Assembly: GCA_964518405.1 (NCBI GenBank)
Contig: CAZFGB010000044.1
Coordinates: 14,862 to 78,861, forward strand
Origin: an uncultured Pseudomonadales bacterium
GTDB lineage: Bacteria; Pseudomonadota; Gammaproteobacteria; Pseudomonadales; Azotimanducaceae
Length of the DNA: 64,000 nucleotides
Reading direction: 5' to 3'
Shown in pieces: positions 10,080 to 17,876 of the stretch. Numbering within the stretch: position 1 is the stretch's first letter; each line of letters begins with the position of its first letter. The notes under the pieces are model-generated. The model was not told where the DNA came from. It made no database searches and was given only the letters and a program-made list of their open reading frames with translations. A program made the position numbers and the translations under genes.

Positions 10080-10138
10080 GCGGCCCGCCGGACAGGCCTT
10101 TCGCGCGCAAGGCGCACCCGCTTTTTGGCGAGGTTGCC

Positions 10139-10147
10139 TGATATACT
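10139..10147 (+). promoter_or_regulatory. Putative extended -10 promoter element (TGaTATACT) for tRNA-Asn
   Basis: TGATATACT lies 12 nt upstream of the tRNA 5' end and is followed by a G+C-rich discriminator (GCGCCGCCC), as in stringently controlled stable-RNA promoters. No good -35 was seen. Confidence 0.35.
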
Positions 10148-10159
10148 GCGCCGCCCGGT

Positions 10160-10235
10160 TCCGCCTTAGCTCAGTTGGTAGAGCAGCTGACTGTTAATCA
10201 GCGGGTCGCTGGTTCGAGCCCAGCAGGCGGAGCCA
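10160..10235 (+). tRNA. tRNA-Asn (anticodon GTT)
   Basis: Cloverleaf folded by hand: acceptor TCCGCCT/AGGCGGA, D stem GCTC/GAGC, anticodon stem GCTGA/TCAGC with loop CTGTTAA, T arm GCTGG-TTCGAGC-CCAGC, encoded CCA. Confidence 0.95.
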
Positions 10236-10388
10236 AATCAAATCAAAGGGTTGCGGTCAATCAACCTCGAGCCAAGAGATCTGCATGAGCATTGTGTCAG
10301 CAGTCCTGCAGGGAACTTTAGGAGAGGAAGTCAATTAAATCAATAGGTTGCAATCCCTGGTGTTGACACCGTTCTTATGCGAACTGTA

Positions 10389-10436
10389 CCCTCCTGAAGC
10401 CACTACCTAGCGGGAGCGGTGGTGGCTTCAGGAGGG
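10389..10436 (+). promoter_or_regulatory. Perfect 15-bp inverted repeat (hairpin) whose 3' arm contains the GGAGGG Shine-Dalgarno of the downstream small ORF
   Basis: CCCTCCTGAAGCCAC (10389-10403), an 18-nt loop, then GTGGCTTCAGGAGGG (10422-10436). No T-run follows on either strand, so it is not a classical intrinsic terminator. Confidence 0.5.
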
Positions 10437-10441
10437 ATCGA

Positions 10442-10657
10442 TTGCTTGTGGAGAGCACGAAATTCCCTTCCAGCAGGAAGTCAGTCGGAGGTCTATTGAT
10501 GAGCGAAATGGTGGAAAAGGCGCCGGTCAAGACTAGGTGGCTAACCGGAGCCAAGTACATCGCTCCAAAGGATCTGGACCGAAGCCTCGCCGTAAAGAAC
10601 ATAGTGGATGCGGCGCGCAAACGTCAGTCCTCCGACACTTCCAAACAAGCCGAGTGA
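10442..10657 (+). CDS. Small hydrophilic hypothetical protein (52-71 aa depending on start)
   Basis: ORF with TTG (10442), GTG (10448) or ATG (MSEMVEK...) starts downstream of GGAGGG. Its stop overlaps the GTG start of the next ORF (GTGA at 10654-10657). No recognisable family. Confidence 0.35.
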   Translation: MLVESTKFPSSRKSVGGLLMSEMVEKAPVKTRWLTGAKYIAPKDLDRSLAVKNIVDAARKRQSSDTSKQAE

Positions 10658-11364
10658 TTGGTGCCCTGCTTGTACCCGCTCTAGCGGGGTTCATTCTACT
10701 TTTCGGAACCAAGGTCTTCCGCTATTGGCTCAACCGCCAAGGCGGTTACAAGCTGCTGTTTGCCACTGCCCTTGCCGGTGCGATTCTGCTGGCGCTTGCT
10801 CGTTGGGTCGAAATTGCTCTAGGCGACCAAATCATCCCGTCATGGTGGGCCGATTACGCGCCCTTCGAATGGTCCGCAACGGTTGGCCTGAGTGTGCTGC
10901 TAGCCGTCATTTTGGCTGTTCTGATCAATTTGGGGGTTTGGAAGTCCTACGCTGCCAAGTTAGTGTCTCGAAACAGTGGCGATCTCATCGAGTGCCTACT
11001 GGAAGACTGCCTTGAGCAGAATGCGCTAGTGGAACTCACTATGTCGAATGGGAAGGTCTATATCGGGTTTCCCCGTGAAAGCGGACTGACCGTGACCGGC
11101 GAATCCGACATTGCAATCGTCCCATTAAAAAGTGGCTATCGGGACGAACAGACGAAGACACTTGAAATCACGACCAACTATGCTCCGACCCTGCATACAC
11201 TCGTCTATGAGAACCGAATGCTGTCATTGGACGACTTTCAGGTCGTTCTGCCATTGAAGGAGGTGGCCTCAGCGCGCTATCACCAAGAGTACGCATATGA
11301 CCAGCTACAAATAACTGGACGAGAAGGTATCCCTGTCACGAGCGTCCCGGAGGGCGCTCGTTGA
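10654..11364 (+). CDS. Hypothetical membrane protein: three N-terminal TM helices plus a soluble C-terminal domain
   Basis: VIGALLVPALAGFILLFGT..., LLFATALAGAILLALA, VGLSVLLAVILAVLINLGVW, then ALVELTMSNGKVYIGFPRE...DIAIVPLKSGYRDEQ. Sequence is visibly A/T-richer than the flanks. Start at the in-frame GTG at 10654; the ORF track starts at 10537. Confidence 0.5.
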   Translation: MIGALLVPALAGFILLFGTKVFRYWLNRQGGYKLLFATALAGAILLALARWVEIALGDQIIPSWWADYAPFEWSATVGLSVLLAVILAVLINLGVWKSYAAKLVSRNSGDLIECLLEDCLEQNALVELTMSNGKVYIGFPRESGLTVTGESDIAIVPLKSGYRDEQTKTLEITTNYAPTLHTLVYENRMLSLDDFQVVLPLKEVASARYHQEYAYDQLQITGREGIPVTSVPEGAR

Positions 11365-11610
11365 TCGCCTAACGCCCGACATCCGGCTGTGGCTTTACGG
11401 ACCGGATACACTCGCCAACATCGCATGCGGTTTGCCCGGTGTCGATGCTGCAAAGTCGCCGCTCTCATGCTCAAGGTCTCGACTCAGTGCATGCGCCCCG
11501 GCGTTTGCCGGCAGGACTTCGAATACGCGTTCAATCCCTATCGCACCGCCGCGTGAGCTACCCTAAACAGGCGATGGCAATCGGATGGACGCTGAAGATA
11601 AGAAGCACTC

Positions 11611-12378
11611 GTGCGAGCCATTGACTCGACAACCAACCGTTTTGGCGGGGTTCTGCCGCGGCCGGAAGCCCTGAGGGGAGACCCGGAATCCTTCACGAAA
11701 CAGTTGCGGCATTCATTGGCCGCCTGGAAAGAGGAAGGCTACCTCCTGGTCTGGCTGGAAGTCCCCATAGCCAAGTCGGCGCTCATCCCCGTAGCCGTGG
11801 AGGAGGGCTTCAGCTTTCACCACAGCGGAGAGGATTACCTCATGCTCACCCTTCAGTTGAAGGAAGGGGCGTTCATTCCAGGCTATTCCACCCACTTCGT
11901 CGGGGCGGGCGGCGTTGTGATCAACGACCGGGACGAGTTGCTGGTGGTTTGCGAGAACTACCTCGTTTCCAGCGACCGACCGCCGTTTTTCAAGCTGCCG
12001 GGCGGGCTTCTGCATCAGGGCGAACACCTGGCGGCGGGTGTCATGCGCGAAGTGCGCGAGGAGACCGGGATCGAAACCGAGTTCGAACGCGTCGTCTGCT
12101 TCCGCCACTGGCACGGATACCGGCACGGCAAGTCCGACATCTATTTCGTCTGCCTTTTGCGGCCGCTCAACGAGACCATCGTTCGGCAGGAGGAGGAGAT
12201 CGCCCAGTGCCTGTGGATGCCGCTGCAGGAGTACCTGGATGCCGACGGGGTGAGCCTTTTCAACAAGGAAATCGTCCGGGCGGCACTGACCGACACGGGC
12301 GTGGTTCCAACGGAGATCGTGGGGCACCGGGATCCCGAACTGCACGAGTTCTTCATGCCGACGGAGTTGGGCTCGTGA
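11611..12378 (+). CDS. Nudix hydrolase with an N-terminal pre-Nudix domain
   Basis: Nudix box GGLLHQGEHLAAGVMREVREETGI (GX5EX7REUXEEXGU). GTG start. Confidence 0.85.
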   Translation: MRAIDSTTNRFGGVLPRPEALRGDPESFTKQLRHSLAAWKEEGYLLVWLEVPIAKSALIPVAVEEGFSFHHSGEDYLMLTLQLKEGAFIPGYSTHFVGAGGVVINDRDELLVVCENYLVSSDRPPFFKLPGGLLHQGEHLAAGVMREVREETGIETEFERVVCFRHWHGYRHGKSDIYFVCLLRPLNETIVRQEEEIAQCLWMPLQEYLDADGVSLFNKEIVRAALTDTGVVPTEIVGHRDPELHEFFMPTELGS

Positions 12379-12427
12379 ATCAGCACCGTCCGTCGAATAG
12401 CCCGCAATCCAACACGAGGTAATTGCC

Positions 12428-13240
12428 ATGCCTGATCGGATGCCTGCCGAACCCTACGAGGTCTACGCGATCCGCTACGCGCACTTTGACCGGCCCGCCA
12501 GGGACAACTTCATCTTTGGCGACATTCACGACGGCCCGATGCCGCTCGACTTCTTCATCTGGGCGATCATCGGCAACGGGAGAACGTTCATCGTGGACCT
12601 CGGCTTCGAACACAAGGTCGCCGAGCGCCGCGGACGGTCGATCATGCGCCTGCCATCGGAAGGGCTGCAGATGCTCGGCATCGACTCGAACAAGGTCGAG
12701 GACGTCATCGTGACGCACCTGCACTACGACCACGCCGGCGACCTTTCCTCGTTCCCGAACGCGAAGCTATACCTGCAGGATCGCGAGATGGCGTTCGCGA
12801 CGGGCCGGCATATGGGACATCAGCGCATGCGGCAGGTCTTCGATGTCGAGTACGTCTGCGATTTCGTTCGGGCCGTGTACGACGACCGCGTGGTGTTCAT
12901 CGACGGTGCGCAGGAGATTGCGCCGGGCATCAGCGTGCATCACATCGGCGGCCACACGGACGGCCATCAGTCCGTGCGCGTCTGGACCGAAAGCGGATGG
13001 CTGGTTCTGGCGTCGGACGCCGTGCACTTCTACGCCAACATGACCGAGCAAAACCCGTTCCCGATCGTCTACGACGTCGGCGCCATGATCGAAGGGTTCT
13101 CAACGATTCGTGGGTTGGCGGATGCCGAAGAACTCATCATCCCGGGACACGACCCGCTGGTCGTCGAGCGCTTCCCGTGCCCGGACAAGGACTTCGAGGG
13201 CGAGATCGTGCGCCTTGATCGGGGTCCGGAGAATTCCTGA
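12428..13240 (+). CDS. MBL-fold metallo-hydrolase (N-acyl-homoserine-lactonase-like)
   Basis: THLHYDHAGD (HxHxDH) plus the downstream motifs HHIGGHTDGH and ASDAVH. Confidence 0.8.
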   Translation: MPDRMPAEPYEVYAIRYAHFDRPARDNFIFGDIHDGPMPLDFFIWAIIGNGRTFIVDLGFEHKVAERRGRSIMRLPSEGLQMLGIDSNKVEDVIVTHLHYDHAGDLSSFPNAKLYLQDREMAFATGRHMGHQRMRQVFDVEYVCDFVRAVYDDRVVFIDGAQEIAPGISVHHIGGHTDGHQSVRVWTESGWLVLASDAVHFYANMTEQNPFPIVYDVGAMIEGFSTIRGLADAEELIIPGHDPLVVERFPCPDKDFEGEIVRLDRGPENS

Positions 13241-13376
13241 GCCACTGCTTTGCGCGGGTCGTTTGATACGACACGTACTCCGCCTTGCGCGAGGATCGGC
13301 GAATGGCTATCAAGGGCCGAATGAAGTTGGTAGCACAGGTTGCTGGGAACGTGTCATTCCCCGACACGAGCGCTTG

Positions 13377-14465
13377 CTACAGCTTGTCCAGATCGACGGC
13401 CTTGCCCGTTCTGGACGACTCGAACATGCCGAAGGCCACCTTCATCGACTCGATGTTGTCCCGACCGCTGCTGATGGGTTCCCTGCCGGTCCTGCAGCAC
13501 TCCTCGAAATGCAGGACCTCGTTCACGAAGTAGTTGTAGCTCGGCATGTTGGTCCAATTCGTGTCGATCGGCTCGAATTCGGGACGGATTCGCCTTCGTC
13601 GATCACTTTCGTTGTCGGGATCGAGCTCCTCCTTGTACGCGGCCATCATCGTGCCGAAGTGCGGGAATGGGCTGCGGGGGCCGTCGCCCAGGTACGGCCC
13701 GGAGTGGATGGTGCCCTGACTCCCCAGAAGCAGGTACGACGCGTGCTCGGGCGTCAGATAGCTCGTCCAGCTCGCGAAGATGTCCCCGATCGCGCCGTTC
13801 TCGAATTCGAGGGTTGCGGTGACGAGGTCCTCGCCGCCGTTCACCATCTGGGGCCCGAAGGCCTTGCAGAACGCCATCACCCGCTTGACGTTGCCGAGGT
13901 AGTAGCGCAGCAGATCGATGTGATGGATGGAGTTCAGCAGCAGGACGCCCCCGCCGAGGCTTCCATCGTTCATCCATGACTTGTCGGGCCCCTGCATGAT
14001 GATGTGGTTGCGGACCCCGTGGATGTCGCCGAGTTTCCCATCGTCGACGAGCTTCTTCACGGCGGTCGCGTCGGCCGAATAACGCAGTTGCTGGGAGACC
14101 ATCAGGGTCACTCCCGCCTTGCCGGCGGCTGCCACCATGTCCCGGCAGCCCTGCAGCGTGTTCGACATCGCCTTCTCGACGAGCACATGCTTGCCAGCTT
14201 CTGCGGCGGCGATGGTGTTGGGCGCGTGTTGCGCGTGGCCGGTGCAGATGTCCACCGCATCGATGTCGGCGTTGCGCAGCATGTCGTCGATGTCCGTGTA
14301 GACGGTGTCGACGCCCGCGTCCTTCGCATACGCCTGCGCGAGAGGCTCGACCATGTCGCAGATCGCGACGAGCCGCACCCGGTCGGGATGCTCGAGGTAC
14401 GGGGTCATGTGCGCCCGCGCGATGCCTCCGGCGCCGATCATGCCGACTTTCAGTGGATTGGACAT
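13377..14465 (-). CDS. Gfo/Idh/MocA-family NAD(P)-dependent oxidoreductase
   Basis: MSNPLKVGMIGAGGIARAH is a Rossmann N-terminus, followed by ...EKAMSNTL.... Start taken at the Met at 14465 rather than 14555. Confidence 0.85.
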   Translation of the reverse strand: MSNPLKVGMIGAGGIARAHMTPYLEHPDRVRLVAICDMVEPLAQAYAKDAGVDTVYTDIDDMLRNADIDAVDICTGHAQHAPNTIAAAEAGKHVLVEKAMSNTLQGCRDMVAAAGKAGVTLMVSQQLRYSADATAVKKLVDDGKLGDIHGVRNHIIMQGPDKSWMNDGSLGGGVLLLNSIHHIDLLRYYLGNVKRVMAFCKAFGPQMVNGGEDLVTATLEFENGAIGDIFASWTSYLTPEHASYLLLGSQGTIHSGPYLGDGPRSPFPHFGTMMAAYKEELDPDNESDRRRRIRPEFEPIDTNWTNMPSYNYFVNEVLHFEECCRTGREPISSGRDNIESMKVAFGMFESSRTGKAVDLDKL

Positions 14466-14624
14466 AGTTCCCCTTGCCTCCCTGCGTTGCTCTGGTTGTG
14501 GTCGAAGCGCGTTCGCGCCCGCATCTATTTCATGCGGGGATCGATCACGATGCAAGCTGCGGCGGCCGGAGTGTCCGGCGACCAGCGCTGGTGGGTTCGA
14601 TCAGACGAAGAAAACTCTATATGG

Positions 14625-14653
14625 TTGATTCCACCACTGTATAAAGGTACATT
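14625..14653 (+). promoter_or_regulatory. Putative sigma70-type promoter of the R-M operon
   Basis: TTGATT (14625-14630), a 17-nt spacer, then TACATT (14648-14653), in the A/T-rich spacer upstream of the Zn-ribbon gene. Confidence 0.3.
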
Positions 14654-14691
14654 ACTTGGATCGAATCTGACGGACAACCGCCATTAGCACG

Positions 14692-15063
14692 TTGGAGATG
14701 TTCCCCACCGCGGAAGCCGCCCGCGAGTTCCTTGAGAATCACCGATGGGGCGGCCATGTCCACTGCCCGACTTGCGGTGATGATCGTATAACCGCCCGTC
14801 GGGGTAAGCGCCTCGGCTTTTATCGTTGCCGCCGTTGCGAAAACGAGTTCACCGTGCGCACCGGCACGATACTCGAGCGGTCCCACGTCCCCCTTCACAA
14901 GTGGCTCTACGCAATCTATCTTTTCGGAACGGCCCGCAAGGGCATTTCCTCAACGCAGCTGTCCAAGGAATTGGGCGTCACCCAAGCGACGGCATGGTCC
15001 ATGCTGGCCAGGCTGCGAGAGGCTTGCGAGGTACAGGCGCGGCTGGCTGGAGAAGCGGCATGA
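14692..15063 (+). CDS. IS1595-family-transposase N-terminal module only (Zn-ribbon plus HTH), no DDE domain; possible R-M controller
   Basis: ...ENHRWGGHVHCPTCGDDRITARRGKRLGFYRCRRCENEFTVRTGTILERSHVPLHKWLYAIYLFGTARKGISSTQLSKELGVTQATAWSMLARLREA matches the IS1595/ISXO2-type N-terminus. The ORF ends after 123 aa and its stop overlaps the methylase ATG (ATGA at 15060-15063). Confidence 0.7.
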   Translation: MEMFPTAEAAREFLENHRWGGHVHCPTCGDDRITARRGKRLGFYRCRRCENEFTVRTGTILERSHVPLHKWLYAIYLFGTARKGISSTQLSKELGVTQATAWSMLARLREACEVQARLAGEAA

Positions 15064-15689
15064 GCATCAACCGAGATCTGGCACGGTATCTTGGCGACAG
15101 GCGTTTCGGCACCGTTCTGGCCGATCCGCCTTGGCGGTTCACCAATCGAACTGGGAAGGTGGCTCCCGAGCACCGTCGTCTGTCGCGGTACAACACGCTG
15201 TCTGTCGATGAGATCGCCGCATTGCCGGTGATCGACTACATGGCAGAGGTCGCGCATTGCTACCTATGGGTTCCAAACGCCCTGTTGCCGTGGGGTTTGC
15301 AAGTGCTCGAGTCATGGGGGTTCGAGTACAAGACCAACCTTGTCTGGTTCAAAGTTCGGAAGGACGGCGGACCAGACGGAAGGGGCGTCGGATTCTACTT
15401 CCGCAACGTCACCGAAGTGATCCTGTTCGGCGTTCGAGGAAAGAAGGCTAGGACGCTGGATGCGGGACGTAGCCAAGTGAACCTGATCGCGAGTCGCAAG
15501 CGCGAGCACTCTCGAAAGCCCGACGAGCAGTACCAGATCATCGAAAATTGCTCGCGCGGGCCGTACTTGGAATTGTTCGGACGCGGCACCAGAGACGGCT
15601 GGACGGTATGGGGCCAGCAAGCAGAGCAAGACTACGCACCCGATTGGCCGACTTACGCGCACAACTCCCGGTCTGAAGCGTTGGCATGA
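15060..15689 (+). CDS. MT-A70-family DNA N6-adenine methyltransferase
   Basis: FGTVLADPPWRF (DPPW catalytic motif) ...YLWVPNALLPWGLQVLESWGFEY...EHSRKPDEQYQIIE. Start at the ATG at 15060, not the upstream ORF start at 14826. Confidence 0.85.
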   Translation: MSINRDLARYLGDRRFGTVLADPPWRFTNRTGKVAPEHRRLSRYNTLSVDEIAALPVIDYMAEVAHCYLWVPNALLPWGLQVLESWGFEYKTNLVWFKVRKDGGPDGRGVGFYFRNVTEVILFGVRGKKARTLDAGRSQVNLIASRKREHSRKPDEQYQIIENCSRGPYLELFGRGTRDGWTVWGQQAEQDYAPDWPTYAHNSRSEALA

Positions 15690-16438
15690 GTCTCAACGCT
15701 CTGGTGGCCGCTGGGTTTGATCTCGAAACGACCAATCACGCGGACGCAATCCTTTCGCGCGCGTTCCGACCGGAGTTTGATGCGCTGTGTGAGGTCTTGC
15801 TGCAGATGGAGATTAACTGCACGGAAATGATGAAAGGCGGCGGCAACGAGTCCCCGCCGACACGACGCTTGCGGCAATTGCTGAACAATGCGGGTTGGCG
15901 CAAACGAAATATCGAAGTCACGAAGTCAGTCGATGGAACGCCCAGGTCGAGTACGACGCATGAGATAGACCACGTTCGCGACTGCGCTCGCGGCACCCTG
16001 GCGCTTGAAATCGAATGGAACAACAAAGATCCATTCTTCGATAGGGACTTGGAGAACTTCCAGAGGCTGCACGCGGATGGGGCGATTAGCGTCGGAATCG
16101 TGGTAACTCGGGGACGCTCGCTCCAGACCAACATACGCGACATTCTCATTGTCTGCGCGAAGATCAACAATCTTCGCAGCACAGCGGATTTTCGCCGCGT
16201 GGGGATCAAGGAGCCAACGGCCAATCAACGGGCGCAGCTTGACAGACTGGGAGCCTCGACTGATTTTGCGAGGGCGGCGGGAACGATGATGGCGACGAAA
16301 TATGGAGAAAGCACGACCCATTGGAACAAACTCAATGAACGCTTGGACCGGGGCGTTGGCAATCCATGTCCATTGTTGTTGGTTGGCCTCCCCGCCGCCT
16401 GCGTCACGGTAGTGAGTGAAGCAGGTGTTTCCGAGTGA
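15686..16438 (+). CDS. BglII/BstYI-family type II restriction endonuclease
   Basis: DLETTNHADAIL...EFDALCEVLLQM, EIDHVRD..GTLALEIEWNNKDPFFDRDLENF and ISVGIVVTRG align, from memory, with BglII DITDYNHADEIL, DIDFGKRDTLVEVQFSN and VAIIITKG. The ATG overlaps the methylase stop (ATGA at 15686-15689). Confidence 0.75.
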   Translation: MSLNALVAAGFDLETTNHADAILSRAFRPEFDALCEVLLQMEINCTEMMKGGGNESPPTRRLRQLLNNAGWRKRNIEVTKSVDGTPRSSTTHEIDHVRDCARGTLALEIEWNNKDPFFDRDLENFQRLHADGAISVGIVVTRGRSLQTNIRDILIVCAKINNLRSTADFRRVGIKEPTANQRAQLDRLGASTDFARAAGTMMATKYGESTTHWNKLNERLDRGVGNPCPLLLVGLPAACVTVVSEAGVSE

Positions 16439-16641
16439 CAATGATGAAGCGAGCGAAAGAACAACCCGCGCCGTGCGATCTACCGTCTTCATTCAACGCA
16501 GCGGTCAAGAAGGTGCTGGCCTACAGGCCACCGAAGAACAACAAGGGCGATCGCGCCATGGGCGCCAGCCATCCAGCCCCGCCTAATGACGAAATGGCCA
16601 GATCGGGGCCGTGAGCCTGCACTTGGGGGAGGCCCAACCTT

Positions 16642-16953
16642 TTGACCGTGCCAACCGCCCATGATCGCGGTGGATTGCCTACCGAAGAGCCAATCGACCG
16701 CTCCGGCCACCAGTGGGAGGACTGGGAGCATGTCGCCAACGCCTTGGTGGGCGTACTCCGTCGCCGGGACCTGATCAATGTTGACGAACTGCGTCGCGGC
16801 ATCGAGGCGATGGCGCCGGAGGAGTACGAGTCGAGCGGCTACTACGAACGCTGGTCGGCGTCGATCGAAACGCTGCTCGTCGAGAAGGGCGTCCTCACCG
16901 AAGCAGAGATCGATGCTGTGGCTGACGAACTGGACTCCGAATGGGAACGCTAG
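16642..16953 (+). CDS. Nitrile-hydratase-family beta subunit, N-terminal half (ends at in-frame TAG)
   Basis: TAHDRGGLP...WEDWEHVANAL...VDELRRGIEAMAPEEYESSGYYERWSASIETLLVEKGVL matches the NHase beta N-terminus (HDLGG..., EW, Y..YYE.W). TTG start. Confidence 0.7.
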   Translation: MTVPTAHDRGGLPTEEPIDRSGHQWEDWEHVANALVGVLRRRDLINVDELRRGIEAMAPEEYESSGYYERWSASIETLLVEKGVLTEAEIDAVADELDSEWER

Positions 16954-16977
16954 CTAGGGATTCGCGTTGGCGACCCG

Positions 16978-17235
16978 GTGACTGTAAGGGCGACCGAAGT
17001 CCGCCATCACCACCGCACGCCGTGGTTCGTCAAGGGCAAGCGGGGCAAGGTTCGACTCGTGCATGGCGAGTTCTTGAACCCCGAGTCCCGGGCGCACGGC
17101 GGCGACGGCTTGCCGAAGCGCCGGCTCTGCCAGGTGGAGTTCCAGCAGAGAGACATTTGGGGCGCCCGGTATGGCGGCAGCGCAGATGACGTCCTGCTCG
17201 TGGATCTCTTCGAACATTGGCTCGAAGGGCCATGA
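16978..17235 (+). CDS. Nitrile-hydratase-family beta subunit, C-terminal SH3-like half
   Basis: ...HHHRTPWFVKGKRGKVRLVHGEFLNPESRAHG...LCQVEFQQRDIWG...DDVLLVDLFEHWLE matches NHase beta C-terminus. It is in the same frame as 16642-16953, and homology (LGIRVGDPVTV) already starts right after the TAG at 16951-16953. Confidence 0.65.
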   Translation: MTVRATEVRHHHRTPWFVKGKRGKVRLVHGEFLNPESRAHGGDGLPKRRLCQVEFQQRDIWGARYGGSADDVLLVDLFEHWLEGP

Positions 17236-17845
17236 CGGACGAACATCCGCCACTGCTCCACGTCGAACGTAGCCGGCGTGCCACGCGCATCCTGGCGATC
17301 CGGCGGCTTCTGATCGAAAAGGGCGTGGTCACAGCGGACGAACTGGAGGACATCATCGTCCGTGCGCGTGCCCGGACGCCGGCCGATGGCGCGACGGTCG
17401 TGGCAAGGGCGTGGCTGGACGAAGCGTTCAGGGAACGGTTGTTGACCGATGCCCGCGCCGCGGTTGGCGACTTGGGCTACCAACTGTCCCATGACGCCGA
17501 ACTGGCCGTGGTGGAAAACACGGCCGATGTTCACCATCTGGTCGTCTGTACGCTGTGCTCCTGCTATCCGACATCGCTGCTTGGTCCGCCGCCCGACTGG
17601 TACAAGAGCTTCGCCTACCGTCAGCGTGCGGTGATCGAACCGCGCGCCGTCCTCCGGGAGTTCGGACTGGAATTGGCGGACGACATGCGTGTGCGTGTCG
17701 TCGACAGCACCGCGGACATTCGCTACCTCGTATTGCCTCGCCGCCCGGCGGGGCGCACGGCCTTGGAGAGGACGCGCTGGCCGAACTGGTGACGCGGGAC
17801 AGCATGATCGGCGTCGCCGAAGCACGGTCCCGCGCTGGGGCGTAG
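17232..17845 (+). pseudogene. Cobalt-type nitrile-hydratase alpha subunit with an apparent frameshift near the 3' end
   Basis: VVCTLCSCYP is the Co-type metal site. Frame 0 gives ...RYLVLPRRPAG then nonsense to the stop at 17792. The conserved tail HGLGEDALAELVTRDSMIGVAEA continues in another frame to the TAG at 17843-17845. The shift lies in the G/C run at about 17741-17756. The ATG at 17232 overlaps the beta stop (ATGA). Confidence 0.7.
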
Positions 17846-17876
17846 AATGAGAGCCCGAGAAGGGGAGGAAATTACC

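Noticed and set aside
10375-10620. 81-aa minus-strand ORF in the tRNA-Asn islet
   Set aside because: It overlaps the hairpin and the plus-strand small ORF. It has no RBS or recognisable features. The plus-strand pair with SD and start-stop coupling is the more parsimonious reading, although neither is proven.
10236-11610. Looked for an integrase gene and a direct repeat of the tRNA-Asn 3' end (att site) delimiting a genomic island
   Set aside because: There is no integrase/recombinase-like ORF, and I could find no copy of the tRNA 3' segment (…GGTTCGAGCCCAGCAGGCGGAGCCA) downstream by eye. The islet is therefore reported only as compositionally atypical, not as a defined integrative element.
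15686-16438. Inferring AGATCT (BglII) or RGATCY specificity for the R-M system from site avoidance
   Set aside because: AGATCT occurs several times in the window, for example at 10277-10282 and at 15074-15079 inside the methylase gene itself. A single window cannot show avoidance, and fold-family membership does not fix specificity.
16439-16641. Minus-strand ORFs 16489-16731 and 16521-16802 in the spacer between the R-M islet and the nitrile-hydratase genes
   Set aside because: They are short and overlap each other and the NHase beta start, with no motifs. They are probably non-coding spacer or promoter sequence.
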